A DNA stretch of 63,869 nt, counting the filler, from Lenisia limosa (Eukaryota > Protista > Breviatea): NCBI GenBank assembly GCA_001655205.1. It is 14 parts of 14 records of this genome, joined end to end, with 100 filler letters (N's around TTAATTAATTAA, not from the genome) between each part and the next. Parts side by side here need not be neighbours in the genome. Positions count along the whole stretch, not along the records: positions 1 to 3,554 come from LPNZ01000434.1; positions 3,655 to 20,341 come from LPNZ01006388.1; 12 more parts are not named here. One strand, 5' to 3'. The notes beneath the pieces were generated by a model, which saw only the letters and a program-made list of their open reading frames with translations, was not told the origin of the DNA and ran no database searches. Shown here in pieces: positions 1 through 14,245 of the stretch; the stretch's first letter is position 1; the number at the start of each line of letters is the position of its first letter. Position numbers and translations under genes: made by a program.

Positions 1-1369
1 TGGTAGAAGCACTGTAACGTTAGGCAAGACAAAAGGGTGAAGTGTATAAATACAACAAGATAATGACAAAAATAATGAATTTGCAGCAAAATTACGGGGA
101 AAACAGCTGTTGGAAATAGTAAAATCTTTGTAAAAACTCTCGCCTTAAATAGTTACTACCAGAAGAGATGAATATGGAGGAATTGTAAAAAAAAAACTCG
201 TCAATGATATGCAGCGTATACGACCCCTTGCCCCTCCCTCTTTCAATAGCTCACAGTTGCAGGTAACCGACAGAACCGATGATCAGTAGCATGCTTATGG
301 CCATTACAGCGACAATATAGTTTGGAACTACGCGAGAGAATAGGTCGTAAGAGTGCTAAAAGATGAAAGAATGTCCTTTGAAGTTAGGAGACATTTCTAC
401 GATATATGTTTTCTTGATACATCACTGATTGACATCCACATCAGAAGGGTAATGATGAAATAAGATAAAATAGAATCCTGATCGTATCAGAGTTAGGTGG
501 CATTCTTGTTGTTGTAGAAGGATACTTGTTGGCCTCCAATAATCTCTGGATAAACTCCAAGACAATTCTTGCCTTGGAAAGCCCGGATGACAATATTGAG
601 GAAAACAGAGCGTGGGGTAGAGACAAATACGTATCTTTTACTTCCAAAAAAAGCTGTTCGCTACACCAACCTCATGGTTTGCCTGGTTCTTGAAGAAGTG
701 GATGACGACCCAGGTCAAGAAGCATGGTGACAACTGCAGGATTGTCGGTACATACATTTCAATTCTAATCATTCTGTCAAAGATTTAGAGACAGAGGTGA
801 TAATTTTTTTGTACATTGACTGGGGGAATATTTTCATACTAAAATAAAGCCTGAAGAAGCCAGCCCCGATCTTGAGAGGAAGAAGAGATGAATCTGCTAA
901 AACAAAAAGGAAAATTAGCAGCTATCAATCCAATCATTTTATTCCTATCCGTCATCACTTATAATGCTGGTTCCTATCCGTCATCCCTTATAATGCTTGT
1001 TTTGATGGATAGGGAATCCCCACACTGGAACATACATCTGCATACCTATGACGTTGGAGTCTTACGAGACACAGCACGAAGAGTAAACAAAAAGGGAAGC
1101 GTCGTCGATGTTGTTATTGATGAATAAATAATTACGTAGGCGATAGAGGAGGGGCACAGAAGGAAAGAGCCACGCGGAAGCACCAAGCTATTTCTTCGTT
1201 TTGCCCTTTGTTCTCCCTCTTGTTGTCTCCCTCTTCTTCTCCTCCTCCAGTTCTCCTTCTCCTCCCACCTTTCAACCAACTGCCCATTTTTTTCCCCTTT
1301 TATCTGGTCCAAAATATTATACAGAAAAGCCGCGGAGGAGGGAGGGCATCGTGCAGGCACGATGACCAA
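1..1369 (-). CDS. Multi-exon putative membrane protein, runs off the window start
   Basis: Minus-strand GT-AG exons give hydrophobic peptides, e.g. HSYDLFSRVVPNYIVAVMAISMLLIIGSVGYLQL (~260-360) and DSSLPLKIGAGFFRLYF (~840-895). Exon joins are uncertain. Confidence 0.35.
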
Positions 1370-1629
1370 AAGTGAATATTTGTGATAAGAAGGCTTTACA
1401 TCATCAAAGTATCAAAGTTGCATCAAAGGAGTAAAGGAGTCAAAAAGTCAAAAAAAATGTTCACTCCAAATCTACCACTCAGCCAGTAAGTCATTTTTGA
1501 CATAACCATGTCATGAATCATGATGTCACTCAATGCTCACTCATTATCTGTCACTTGCTCTTCTCTTTATCATACTGTCATCATATTATCCAAAAATCAT
1601 CATCAGAATATCAATATGTGTGTTTTGTG

Positions 1630-2800
1630 GGTACACATCACACTGTTATGGCTCAACATGTGATTTGACGAAATTTACGCTGTCTAATTCTTGTGCAATG
1701 ACACATATGAAATGTACAATCCATTTTTTCCAAGGTAATTAATCAAATGCAGCTTTCATTTGAACATAAGAAGCTGATGGACTCATAACACTCCAGCCTT
1801 GGAGGTATTTCTAGCTCAAGTGTTGTTTATGAAATGGTTCATTTTTCCAAGCTGAAAGTTATATATCAAACGATAACTCTTAGTATTCCTCAACTTGTAG
1901 ACTCAGTGATTTGCGCTTGCCTTGATTTTTGGAAAGTTATTGCATATTACCTTTCGTTTTTTTCTTTGTGAATATTATATTTCAAAAAATAATCCTCTGC
2001 TTAATTTTCGCTTTGGTATTTAAACAGCTTTTGGAACATAAAGGAAGCCAACTCATTATCCCAGCTGTTTGGGATGACATTGATCTTTCCGATTGCATCA
2101 TTCGTTCATACATCGATACTGTCATTGCAAGGTTTGCCATTTCGAGAAACACTTTGGATTATTATGTCACATATTATATCATAGATATTCACAGGTATTA
2201 GTTTAGTTTTTGGAGATGAATATTTCAAATTTATGACTTAGGAAGCTATGGGAAGCTTCAGGACAACTCAAGCAAAACCGAGGCGCTTTTGGAAATGCAC
2301 AAAAAGTGTGTTTGTTTCATTTTGCAAAGAACGCTGACTCATTTTAGAATGCAATCTGTTAATCCCCGGAAAACTTGATCAAACACCACAAAGATCTTGA
2401 TGCTGTAAGTTGGTCTTGATTTTGAACAAGGAACATAATATAACATTTTCAATTCATTTATTTATTCATAATTCTGGCTCACGTTTTAGCTGCTTGTTTC
2501 CAATGCCCAAAATCCTTGGACCCAGGTTTGTGTTGCATCGATGCCCCAAAACAGATTCATTATTAGGATTGTCAAATTTTGAAAGGGTGGTTTATTTGAC
2601 GCCTGTTAAATGTAGTGAATGTCAGAAGGCTTTTGAGGAACATCAGATAAAGTCTTCGGGAATCAGAACTAAAGGTAAGATACTAACTTCCTGTTTTTGG
2701 AGTTGATGATTGGAAATTGGTGAAGTGATGATTATTAGGACTGATTTGAGCGTCATTGATTCCGCACAGAGAAACGTTTCATACAACGCCAACTAATTCC
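1630..2800 (+). CDS. Multi-exon hypothetical protein, weakly F-box/LRR-like
   Basis: Plus-strand exons bounded by ag/gt: LLEHKGSQLIIPAVWDDIDLSDC (~2028-2193) and CLFPMPKILGPRFVLHRCPK...VKCSECQKAFEEH (~2491-2672, donor gtaaga). The family call rests only on motif resemblance. Confidence 0.3.
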
Positions 2801-3083
2801 TTGAAGATGTTCAATTTATAGCATAATAGCATAATAGCATAATATAAATATTATCATATCATATGATACCATTTTTCAAAAACAATTCTGGGGTTTTAAT
2901 CTCAATAATAACAATAAGAACAAGGGCGCTTATTCGACAAATTTGGGGACAAAACAACTATTATCCACAAAAAAAACTGTATCAAAACGAACATAATAAC
3001 TTAAACACCCACAGCGCTTTCAAAAACGTCATCATAAGCTGGTAGCGTTAGAAGAAAAGAATCAAGCTGAAGACGCCCATCAC

Positions 3084-6000
3084 TTGGATATCACAGCCCA
3101 CCTGGTGGAGGCGGAACGTCCATGCGATTTTCCTCGTGGAATGAAGGTGGAGCTTCGTCTTCCACTGCAGGCAACGCGTCAAAGGGCGGCGGGTCCAAGC
3201 CTTGGTGGTCAGAGCCGTAAAATAAATAAACCCGGAACACCCATGGGGGTATCACCTCCGCATCACTATGCATCACACCTCTATCAACGGAGTGTGGTGG
3301 TGGCGGGCCAGAAGAAGCTCCAGGACCACCTCTTGAGGACTGGTTTTCTATTCTCAGAATCTCGTTTCGCATAGCCTGGAGTTGTCGGTGAACAACAAAA
3401 CAATTACAGCTGAACTGCCATCGCTTTAATAAATACACAGTAGCTATGACTCATAAAATATGCATATTTATGTATCCTTTCGGGCCCTGAATACTATATA
3501 TGCTGCTGCACCAAAACCGTGTCATTAATTCAGAAACCGTGTCATTAATTCAGANNNNNNNNNNNNNNNNNNNNNNNNNNNNNNNNNNNNNNNNNNNNTT
3601 AATTAATTAANNNNNNNNNNNNNNNNNNNNNNNNNNNNNNNNNNNNNNNNNNNNTATGTAATATTTGATATATATACATATATATATATATAGTATACTG
3701 TATGCTGATATACTATATAATGATACCAAGAACAACCCACGTGGTCCCAGTGAATGATGGGTCCGTCAACAAGCCAATCTCGTGTGGTGGGGAGAATATG
3801 GCGATAGAGCGAAAACAGAATCGAAAGACCTCCCTCATCCAGGTCTGAAATATCAAAATACCTCTAACACCCAAGAGATGAAACACAAATATGAATCATA
3901 ATCAGGTAATATCATTAAATATTAACAGGCTAGCTCATTATTGCAAGCCATACACACCAAATCCGATAACAGACGGGAGGAAGTCGTTACCAATCATGGA
4001 GAGAAGGAAGACAATATCATCAATCAGACGGTCCACACAGAAAGTGGGAAATCTGGATGTGAACTTGAGTGAAAGTGGGGTTTACTTTAGTCCCAAAAAG
4101 AGAAACTAAATTCTCGAAAAGCCCCATAAAAAATAACCCAAATATCAATTGCAAATGAAAGTTGTTGGAGTAGGATATAAAGACGCATCAATATCTTACA
4201 TGTAGTTTGGCTTGTTTTGCTCCAGCATTTTGAAGGCTGGTAGGAACTCCAGGCTGAAGTACTCTCGGAGCAGGGAAATATGAAGATACTCAAATTGATC
4301 TAAAACGTTTACCACAGAAAGTAAATACCAACAACAAAGAATACACATACTGCTTCTATAATTGATTGCCACTACAGAATGCATTGCTGTTTTTAAGGCA
4401 TTAAAATGTAAAAATGCATTACAGTAAGACATTTGCAGGTAAAAATCCATAGCGTACCTGGGTTTTGGTAACAGGTGGCCACCGCTCCTCCAGCAGTTCG
4501 GGATTTCGGAGGTAGCATAAAATTCTAGATAGGTAACGGTAGACCTTATAGTATTGACTAACCATTTCTCTGAGAATCGAGAAGTGAAGCTCATGACTGG
4601 CGAGAGAGAGAAGAATGAGATCCGCATCAAGACCAAAAATACAGTGCCGCATGACATTGGGGGCAGGTAATTGCCATTGCGACTTTGGAACCGGTCTGAG
4701 CCTTGTTAGTTTGCTCATAATAAGGATGATCGTGCACTCGCTTTACTAGGTTGAATCGTTGAACCCCATCATACTGCATGCCTTCAGCAGGGTCTGGCCA
4801 CCCCGCGTTTCTGTTCCGACGGATGAAGTCCATGATCTTATGCTCCCCTTCTCCTGGAACCTATGGTGTCATTATTATCTACACTGTATGTACATTTGGT
4901 CTCCTTAATATTTAAAACCATTTCTTTTACATGATATAGGTATGTATTATGCAAAAGTATAATAGCAAGTAATAATAACTGAAACTTTGCTTTACGTCTT
5001 CTTAAGGCACCAACCTCAGGTCCCGAGAAAACAACTCGCATGTACTGCCATCTGGCATCTGTGTGCAGTTTGTACAGGATGAAAGACTGCAGGGCTTCCG
5101 AGAGTGATTCCATAAACTCCGTACCTGCAGTTGTATCAAGGGATCTTCGTTTGGATTTATCCACAATACAAGTTTTGGGAGAACTACTTTGAGAGGGATT
5201 TTCCTTTCTGGTACTGATAAATCAATCAACAAACCTGGGGTAATGCAATTGGAGTCGAAGGGACTGGAGTCTGGTTCGCCCCAACATTGTTCGTTGTCAT
5301 TGACGAAAACTTTAGAGCCGTCCCATTCCGAAAGGTATCCTAACGTTTTAGGAAGGAAGGGGGAGAAGAATGAACGTATTGCAATGTGGGAATAGTATTG
5401 AGCGTTACAATATGTTAAAGCTGAACCATTGCCCTCTCCTCCATCACTTCCAAGCTATCATTACCTTTTTGTTTTGGCTTTTTGGAGTCTGTGTGTGCGG
5501 CAGTGGCCTCTTTCTGTCGTGAAAGCGCAGCATGGTAACGGCGCTGAAAGGTAAGCAATGCAAAATAACGTATTGCATATGAACAGTGTGACCACAGCTT
5601 TCAAGAAAGTCTTTATCAGCAACATTGTTTAACCCAAGAATACCATTCGCTGCTGGTTCATCTTTGCGCGTGGGGCAACTCCTAGGTCGAGTGAAAAGTA
5701 TAAACGTAGCTTTGTTTAACCAAGCCGTCCACGTCAATATGAATAATATACTATCCCCTTCAAAGACATGTCAGCAGAACCGCCGTTCACGAGACCAACC
5801 ATCAATAGCAATATACAAGAGCAGCTTCGGCTTGACGGTGGTGATGAGCATTTCAATTGCCCCCGCTATCCGGCAAAACCGCATAACATTCGTATCTCGC
5901 TCTCGCGATTCCTGAGAGCTGTAAAAAGCATACAGATTACACAGCGTAAAAGGGGAATTTGATGTTTCCGTTATCAGCCCAAATACCGGTGTATCTCGAA

Positions 6001-6358
6001 CACCACCATGAGTGTATGGGTGAATAATACCATTGAGGTCCAAATAGAGAGCGTCTAAATTGCATCATGAATGATAAAAGGATGATAGAAGATTAGGATA
6101 TTCACTCCCAGATGACGTTCAACATGATCCCACCAAATTCTGGATGATGTGATGTTTCAGATACTGACTGCACAGCAGCAGGGTAGCGCTGGCTCAGGCA
6201 TTTGTAGAGCTTTGGAACTCCTACCAAGATCAACAGCGGAGAAGACGGAGAAGACGGAAGGAAAAGAAGAAGTTGATTTAATCGTGTTTTTATATTAATC
6301 AAAGACCAAATCCCATCTGGAAGAGAAAGGGAATCTTCAGCAACAACCTCATACCCAT
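3084..6358 (-). CDS. XRN-family 5'-3' exoribonuclease (conserved region 1; conserved region 2 not found)
   Basis: Spliced motifs [112 protein letters not shown] followed by a gtatga donor at 6358. 3' end approximate. Confidence 0.85.
3599..3610. other. Artificial six-frame-stop contig linker TTAATTAATTAA inside N-runs
   Basis: Identical 12-mer centred in 100-nt N blocks at 3599, 20386, 33011, 34325, 36205, 37503, 42596, 50359, 53714, 56538, 59091, 61098 and 62646. Confidence 0.95.
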
Positions 6359-7239
6359 TTCAAGGGGACAACCCCAGAAAAACTTTAGAAACTCTGATGT
6401 GTGATGTGTGATGCAAAAAATAGTCTTTTTCTCTTCTAAAGCACTGACTTGGTACTGACTGTTCTTTTATTTTGGGTTTTTTTTTTTTGTATTTTAAACT
6501 GATCGTGTTCTGAGGAACTTCCTTTTGAGGCAGGTTTTGTCCCACCTGATTTCGCGCAGCAAAACAAAATAAAACACATTCATCATTATGATCAGTGCAT
6601 GATATAGACGGTTTTAAGAGAAATTTGTTAGGCCGAGTCTGAGGCTGAGGTCGACCAGTCCCGCTCCAATAACCACTACCTCAGCGTGGTCTTCAGTGAA
6701 CGTCCAGTATGTTGCTAATACATACTGGAATATACTCCTGTTGCTGTTTTGAAGACTGCCTTCCGTTCTTCTTTGATATGGAATTTCGTTCATTTCTTTG
6801 GTTGCAACAGTCAGTAATACGCTCCGTTTTAACTCCCCAGGTTGGTACCCTGCCAAAATCGTCTTCAAAAGACATAAGAGTTAGTGGAGTAATGAGCTCC
6901 CCAAGGCTCGAGGAATAGCTGGGTTTAGATGTTGATTTTGTTTCAAACTGTTTCATTGGGGTTTTTCTTATTTTCCTTTTATGTAGTAGTTCTGTATCCG
7001 AAAATGTTCTCTAATATAATAAATGAGAAACAATATGCATTGGGAACAATTAACATAACTTATGACAGCAGTGATGAGACTACAGTATTGCTAAGGACGT
7101 TACATCGAAAGGGAAAGAACAATAATATGAATATGATAATTCTCTTCGGTCCCTAAAACTGAATTTGTCGCCAGTTCAGGAAAGATCTTCATATTTTTTG
7201 AAACAAAGTGAACCCTCCTCTCCCCTCCACCAAGCCCAG

Positions 7240-10200
7240 CCTACACATGCAGCGTTTTGAGGTCAGTGTAGTGTTGACCGGTGCCGACAAAGACGACTGG
7301 CTGGCCTGAAATGGTCAGCAATTACTCAATCTGAACAATAATGGTGCCCAAACTTTGTCGACAAATCTACCCGTCATGATTGCTTATGAATGTAATATAC
7401 TATTTAATATACTATATACTACATATTACATGTGTATTTACAATATTGGCATGACTACAACCGAAAGAGATCACCCCAGTTCTCAAGCCCATCATACCAG
7501 GAGGCGTATAGACCATACTGATTGCAGCTCCAACCTAAAAGTGATGAGGGAGGGGGCATATCATGGTTAAATGCTACACTATGAGAAGAACCTGACTCAT
7601 CTAAAAATGGCGTGGTATTTTTTAAAAAAATCATCTGCAGTTAAAACAGTATTTATTTTCATGAACAAAAGAAAAATAATAAAAGCCATTTTACAACTAC
7701 AGCCGTTTTCAAAAAAACTGTCTCATTTTTAGACCAGCACAAACCTTGTCATCAATAGTGTCGAACTTGGTGAGAATGATTCCGTCAATGAGGCGAGGGG
7801 GAGTGACGGGACTGTAGTCTGCAAGTGCCTAATGGGTTAGTCTGCACCCAGGCCTGCAGCTCTTCAGATTATAACGATCTAATATCACAGTATTACAACA
7901 GCATTTTTACTACCCAGCTGTACCATATGCATCAGGGACAAAAAGCATCAGGTTACCACAGCCCCCTACTCTGTTGAACTTCTTCAGTTGATCCATTCCA
8001 TCATTGCCTACAAGGGCTTCCCCGACGAAGAGAATCAGTTCAGGGTTATTGACTGTGACCAACTGGGGGGGGGGAATGTATCAGGCGAAGAACTACAATA
8101 TTTTAGGTTTCAAATAACAGCACCACATCCCCATTGAAGAATGCTGGAAATGTTTTGGATTGAGACTATCAGAACATAAAACAGTATTGCGTGTGTGTTC
8201 CAGGACTATATCCTCAGAACATAAAACAAGTATTGCGTGTGTGTTCCAGGACTATATCCATTTTACATTTGAAACAAAACAACACCCCAAACCTTGACCA
8301 ATGACCGCATCAAGGGCTCATTATCTTGCATACGTCCGGCAGTATCAACCAAAACAACGTCGTAACCCTGGAAGGTAAGAAACACACCAACTTATATTCA
8401 ATCACTTCATCTATATCCAAGTATTATCAACTCCATTGGCCATATCTACGCTGCGCAAAGCACAGGCGTTGTAACACAAATTGGGGGAAGAGAATATTAT
8501 CCAACTCTTTTGTGGACAACCAGACACTAACTTGTTTGCTCATTTCTAAATTTATATCATATTATACTAACTCTGTGCCACAGTTCAAAATTTGTTGCCT
8601 ACATTATCTTCAGCGTGTTGGATGGCAGACTTTGCGACACTTGCAGCATCCCTTCCATAACCCTGGTCAAACAGGTCGACCTTCAGTCGTCTTAAGGATC
8701 AGAAGAATACACAACCAAGTATGAGGCGTAAAGCTCCACGTTAAAAGCTCTCTCAGGTTTTCTATTGGTACAACACGATTTCTAATGACCCCCCCCCCCG
8801 ACCTAGCATGTTCCTTGACCTGCTCNNNNNNNNNNNNNNNNNNNNNNNNNNNNNNNNNNNNNNNNNNNNNNNNNNNNNNNNNNNNNNNNNNNNNNNCGCA
8901 GGCAGCCACTAAGACCTTCAAGCCGGACTGGATCAGCCAATAGCACACCTGAGGCGTGAAAAGGAATGCACATTAGAACGGAGGTAAAAACCACCAATTT
9001 ACCTTTGCCAGATTGGTGGATTTGCCGACTCCATTGACACCCATAAACACGATAGTGTAGGGCTTTCCCTTCTTGTGGCTATCTTCCACTCCTCTGTTCC
9101 AATTAGACTTGAGTATGCTTCACTACAGAAAGTTCTTCACAGTCCTCAAACGGAAACTACACCAGTGGCGTACCTTAAGATGTTGACCTCCTTATCGGGT
9201 GTGAGAATTCGGGTGAGAGCATCACCGACAGCCTTGCGGACTGTTGTAGAGAGCCGACTAAATGACGAAACTTTCGTGCCCTGTGGGGGAGGTGGTAAAG
9301 GGAGTTTATAGAACAACAGAATTAACTATTCGCTCGTTAAATTTAACTCGCCTGTGAAACCAACCCAGCTCCCACCACAAGAGACGCCTGGACACTGTCA
9401 ACAATTTGGACCGCAATCTCTGTTGCAACGTTTTTGGACTGTAAGTGCGTACGGAACTGGGCCGATACGGGTTCAAGATCCTCAGCTGTCAGCTCTCGGC
9501 CGGCTGGGTAGGGGAGCGGGAGTAACAATGGAAAACGTTTGAACAAAGGGAATTCGATTTTGAGTATTGCTAGGTCCCCATCCCGAAGGTGTCCAAACAA
9601 TAACGGCTTACTGGCTAGGCTGGAAAGAAAACCGAAAACTCCAGACTTCTTCTCCTGGGTTGTTACAAAACGTATATAGACATATTTGGGCTGCATGAAC
9701 GCTGTGTATGTACACACAATAGGGCTCTTTTCAAACGTACAGTTTTGTAAATGTTCAAAAAAAGATCCCCCAACCTCCACCACTTCTTCGGGCTTTTGCT
9801 TCATTTCAAGATCTGTTTTGCCGAATTGCTCCGTCTACAAGAGTGATAAAATAAACATAAAAAAATAACACTAATAACCTCACAGGATTGTAGTTCACTT
9901 CTGTATCTTCCATTTGTTCGCCCTGGACTGTGACCAAAATGAAAGACCAATTGGAAAAAAGAGGTTATTTTTGAGAAATTAACCATGGAACGAAGGTAAA
10001 TCAAAGGAGTGGGTTTTATTCTGTTGCACTTTTTGGGTATCTATAACAGATACCTTCCCACCGCAAGGTTCAGCGCAGCAGCATCTTCTTTGGACAATTT
10101 GCTGTCATCCCATCTTGGTGCCTTTTTCGGACTATGTTGTTAGTGAAGACCGACGGCACATATATATTTAAAAATGAAATGGATAATAGTTCCAACGTTT

Positions 10201-11527
10201 CCTGTTTTGGCGGAGACTTGGCTGGCTTCTTCGGCTTTGCTGAGGGCTTGGGGACGGCAAACTGAGCAAACTCATCTGGTAGCTCTGAAGGCGATGCATC
10301 CACTGTGGAATCACTCTAAAGTGGGTCAGTGCAGACGGGCTCCCTTCGCTACTGAAAAAGACTCCCAGAAATACCTCAGAAGTGTTCGTATCACCGCTCT
10401 TTAACCTCTTTTTGTCTTTCTTTGTGAGCTTTGTAGGACCATCTGTATTGTAAATAGACGTTATCACTCCAATATATAAAAAAACAACACTGCTTATTCT
10501 TAACCCCCACCTTTCTTTTGATCTGATTTGAATCCTTGTTGGGTGCGACTCTTAGCGGTCTAATAGGTATAAGCTGATAATGATACATTTTAAGCTGGTC
10601 AAACATCACCTTAATACATTCAAAGATTCTCTTTTTTTTTAGTTGTGAAATGATACCCTTCAGACCCCCCACCTCCCGAGCCTCATCCTCGTAAGCCTTG
10701 AGAGTGCGATAGAAGAAGTCTCCAATGGCCTCGCTGCACTCCTCGGGTGTTGGCAGATCAACAAAGTCGCGGGGTGTCTGGTTTGGTAAGTATGGTGCGT
10801 TGTTAAGGTGGCACTGATTACACTGTGTGGACAAAAAGAACATGTATTGTACATAATCACGATATATATATGTGGTATGATATGCAGATAATATAGTTTT
10901 AACTTATGATGCAATATTTCCCCTTAAATATTTATATTCAATATTTTTCCATCACAAAACTGATTAACACAAGCACACGACATCGTTTAAACAAGTTTGT
11001 TCACCTTGTAGAATTGGCAGAACTTTGCCTTCATGAGTTCGAGAAACTCAGGCACGTAGATGAGCTGCAAAATACGTTGGTGCACGGCCTGGGGTGTAAG
11101 TGGCGCCTCTATATGAGATATCAAATCCACCAAATTATGAAGGCTATCAAGAGAGCTGGTGCCATGCATTTCAAGAGCTTCTGTAAAGTGGCTCATAATG
11201 TAGTATTAAAAATGAAGCAATATTGGGAGAATTAATAGTAAAATCAAATCCACAGAAAAGACTACTCCCAACCAACAACAAAAACAAGATTCATAGAGTT
11301 CTCAAACACCCATCTCAGGGTGTGTTGATCTGTGTGGAGTACTTGTTCACCAGAGCGTTCCTGGAATTGTCGGAAACCAAAGATCAAGGAACACAAAAGC
11401 GGCACTTGCTTACCTCAATCAAGATACTGTTAATCAGGTCTTCAATTGGATTGTGGACCAAATGACAGAGAGAATAGGACCAGAGAACGACTCCACCTTT
11501 CGTAAAGATAGAAAAATGGTCAAGCAT
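7240..11527 (-). CDS. SRPRA: Signal recognition particle receptor alpha subunit (SRX + NG GTPase domains)
   Basis: N-terminus [18 protein letters not shown]; [13 protein letters not shown]; G1 [16 protein letters not shown]; VLVAAC; [21 protein letters not shown]; [14 protein letters not shown]; [15 protein letters not shown]; [16 protein letters not shown]. Last exon/stop uncertain. Confidence 0.93.
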
Positions 11528-11613
11528 GATGCTAACCGTACACTTATGTATATGCGTGTATTAAATATTCAACTTTTTGATATTTTCTAGGCTACTAACA
11601 CCTTTTTGGTTCA

Positions 11614-14139
11614 GGAAAGAGGAAAAGAAGAAGAAGGGTGCTGGATGAAGTGCGATATTTATGCAATGATCAAAGATCTTTGCCCCTTCCACGCCCAAAG
11701 TGCCACCCTCCATGAAGGTATGCGTTTAGTATTAGACAAAAAAACTATAAGACGCTTTGTACTTTTTTTTTAGAATAATTTTCAAAATCTCGAATAACGG
11801 CGACCTAGATGGATTTGTAAGATTCGGCAGCTATGCAAGACTCAGCAATCCAGTTACAGGTAGGATAGCGCTACCAAATAGGCTCTTGATTAGATTCTAT
11901 TTAATGCATCCCAACGTATAATAAATGCTGCTTTTACCCAATTATTAGTGATATTACTTGTAAAAGCTCCACTTTTGTGGGGGGGGGGGGGGNNNNNNNN
12001 NNNNNNNNNNNNNNNNNNNNNNNNNNNNNNNNNNNNNNNNNNNNNNNNNNNNNNNNNNNNNNNNNNNNNNNNNNNNNACCTGTCACGCACCGCCGTCATC
12101 CACTCTGCAAGATCAGATTTTGAGGAGCTTTGCAGGTAGGCTTTGCGTTGAGGAACCCAAAATATGTCAAATGAGCCAAGAGTGTCATTAGTGTTCTCCT
12201 CCCTCCTACGGATAGCATTTGTATATTTGATGATTTTGATGATGCAGGTCTGTCGGTGAACCATGTTCCCCCCTGTGGCTCTCGGGAAACCTCTGCAAAC
12301 CAAGGTTCCCTGAGGAGGAGTGCACTATCCTGAGCAAAGAGCGGCAAAGAGAGTCCAATCGTCTGAACGCCCAACGTAGTGTCCTCTTGGGCCAGGCGGA
12401 GCGTGCAAAGAAGGACAGAGCACGGTGGGAGGGGCAACTCTGTGAAACGATGTATTGAAAGAGAAATATGTATTGAAAGAGAAATATTTATGTGCTCATT
12501 TTATGTATATATATATATATATATTTATGGCATGTATACACGCAACTTTTTTTTAGAATACCCACACAGGCTCATAATTAGAACATAATCTAAACTTTAT
12601 TTACAAAAGAAACAGTTTCTACAAGTGATACAAGGGAGTAAATTGGGTTTAATAATTGATTTGTAGAAAGGCAGAGTTTCAGAGTTTCCTCCTTCGAGAA
12701 GCAGTGGCGAGGGAAAATGAGAGGACTCGACACAAAAATGAGGTACAGAAGCTGAAGGCCATTTTGGACAATACAGAGGAAGAACCACCGAAAGGAGAGG
12801 AAGGGATGAGGGATATTGATGATGGTCTTGAAGGAAGTATGGAGAATGGGAGCCAGGAAGATTTACTACAGGCCCCCCCGTCTGCCCTTTTGTTATCTCA
12901 AGAAGTTGACAATGGCGATGTTTTGACACAGGAGGATGATGGTAACGCTGATTCGCAGGCAGATGATTCATTGGAATCTGTTGAAGAGGTCACCACTTTC
13001 GATAGATCAGTGCAAAGTGCTATTGAGGTGGTAGAAAGAGGGGTTGGAGATGGAGTAGTTTCGTTTGAGGATAGCAGTCAAGAAATGGTGGAAGGCAAAG
13101 TGAAACAAGAAGAAGACAAGGCTGAAGAAATAAAAATTGAAGAAAAGATGGCAATAGAGAAATATGAGGAGGTTCACGAAGACAATGTTGACAAGGAGCA
13201 TGTTGTGACAAAAGATGATGGAGATGAAGGAGAAATTGCTAAAGAAAAAGAAGACAAAGAAGTGGAAGGCAAACAAGAGCAGCTTAAAGAAGTAAAAGAA
13301 CAATTTGAAGAACTTGTGGAAGAACACAAAGTTGAAAAAGTAGAAAAAAATACTGAAGATGAAAAGGTTGGAAAAGAAGAACAAGATGAAGTAAAAATGG
13401 AAGAACGGGTTGAAGGGAAAAAGGTCAAAGAAAAAGAAGAAAGGATTGAAGAAGAAAAAGCTGAAGAAGGGAATGTTGAAGAAAAAGTTGAAAATGAAGA
13501 AGTTGTGGAAGATGAAAAGGTTCTAGAATATATGGTTCAAGAAGTAAATGTTGAAGAAAAAGTTGAAAAAGTTGAAGAAGACAAAGTTAAAGAAGAAGTA
13601 AAATTTGAGGAAGGAAAGGTTGAGGAAGAAATAGCTGAAGAAGAAAAAGGTGGACAAGAAAAACAAGTTGAAGAAATTGACGGTGAGGACAGTGCAGGAA
13701 AGGACTACCGAGAAGATCTTAACAAACTTGCCGATATAAATATTAGTCAGGAAACAGTAGTTGTTGAAGAGAAGAATTCAGCACCGATACCTAGCTGTTG
13801 CCCTGAAGATCACGACCATCAGACCAAATTTGCCATCGACATCTGTGACCTTGTCAACAGAAACTGGGGTGGGTCCTGTGTTATTCTTTTAGGCAAATGA
13901 TTTGTTGAATCAAAATCATACTATAATCCAATACTTGAATTCACATCTCCAGAGCTGATGTCTTCTGCGGATCTTTTGGCGTATCAAATTCAAATCACCA
14001 AGGACTTGGCCGTTACGAAGGCCTCGATACTACAGAGAAGGAAGGTTTGGCTCTTCTTTTCTCGTTTATGGAAATACGTGGGTTTTATTTGTGCACTCTC
14101 TAATATTTCTAGCATCTGAAAGCGAACCTTGAACCTTGA
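11614..14139 (+). CDS. Coiled-coil protein with a long Glu/Lys-rich low-complexity exon
   Basis: In-phase splicing LSRTAVIHSARSDFEELC|RSVGEPC...KKDRA|RKAEFQSFLLRE into ORF 12656-13900, then ELMSSADLLAYQIQ...|HLKANLEP* (TGA ends 14139). Start not resolved. Confidence 0.72.
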
Positions 14140-14245
14140 GCTCCGCCCTTGTCTGATTGTGCATTATCATTATTTTTTATTTCTGTTTATTGTGGGTTGT
14201 ATTCTAGGTTGTATTATAAATGGTGAAAGGCTACCATTGGGATCT

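Noticed and set aside
6614-6868. AEVVVIGAGL, resembling a Rossmann dinucleotide-binding start
   Set aside because: It ends a few codons later with no further FAD-domain motifs or exons.
8165-8260. Near-exact tandem duplications at 8165-8260, 930-990, 3516-3554, 25790-25850 and 53610-53669
   Set aside because: They are intronic or gap-adjacent with no splice site copied; plausibly slippage or assembly overlap.
11890-12303. Minus-strand ORF that looks like a PH-domain C-terminus (FDIFWVPQRKAYLQSSSKSDLAEWMTAVR)
   Set aside because: The plus strand here has canonical, in-phase exons that join the Glu-rich ORF. The PH-like text is antisense and partly spans the plus-strand intron. Most likely coincidence, though stranded RNA-seq would settle it.
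13007-13428. Phe/Ser-rich minus-strand ORFs
   Set aside because: Antisense shadows of the GAA-rich Glu/Lys exon.
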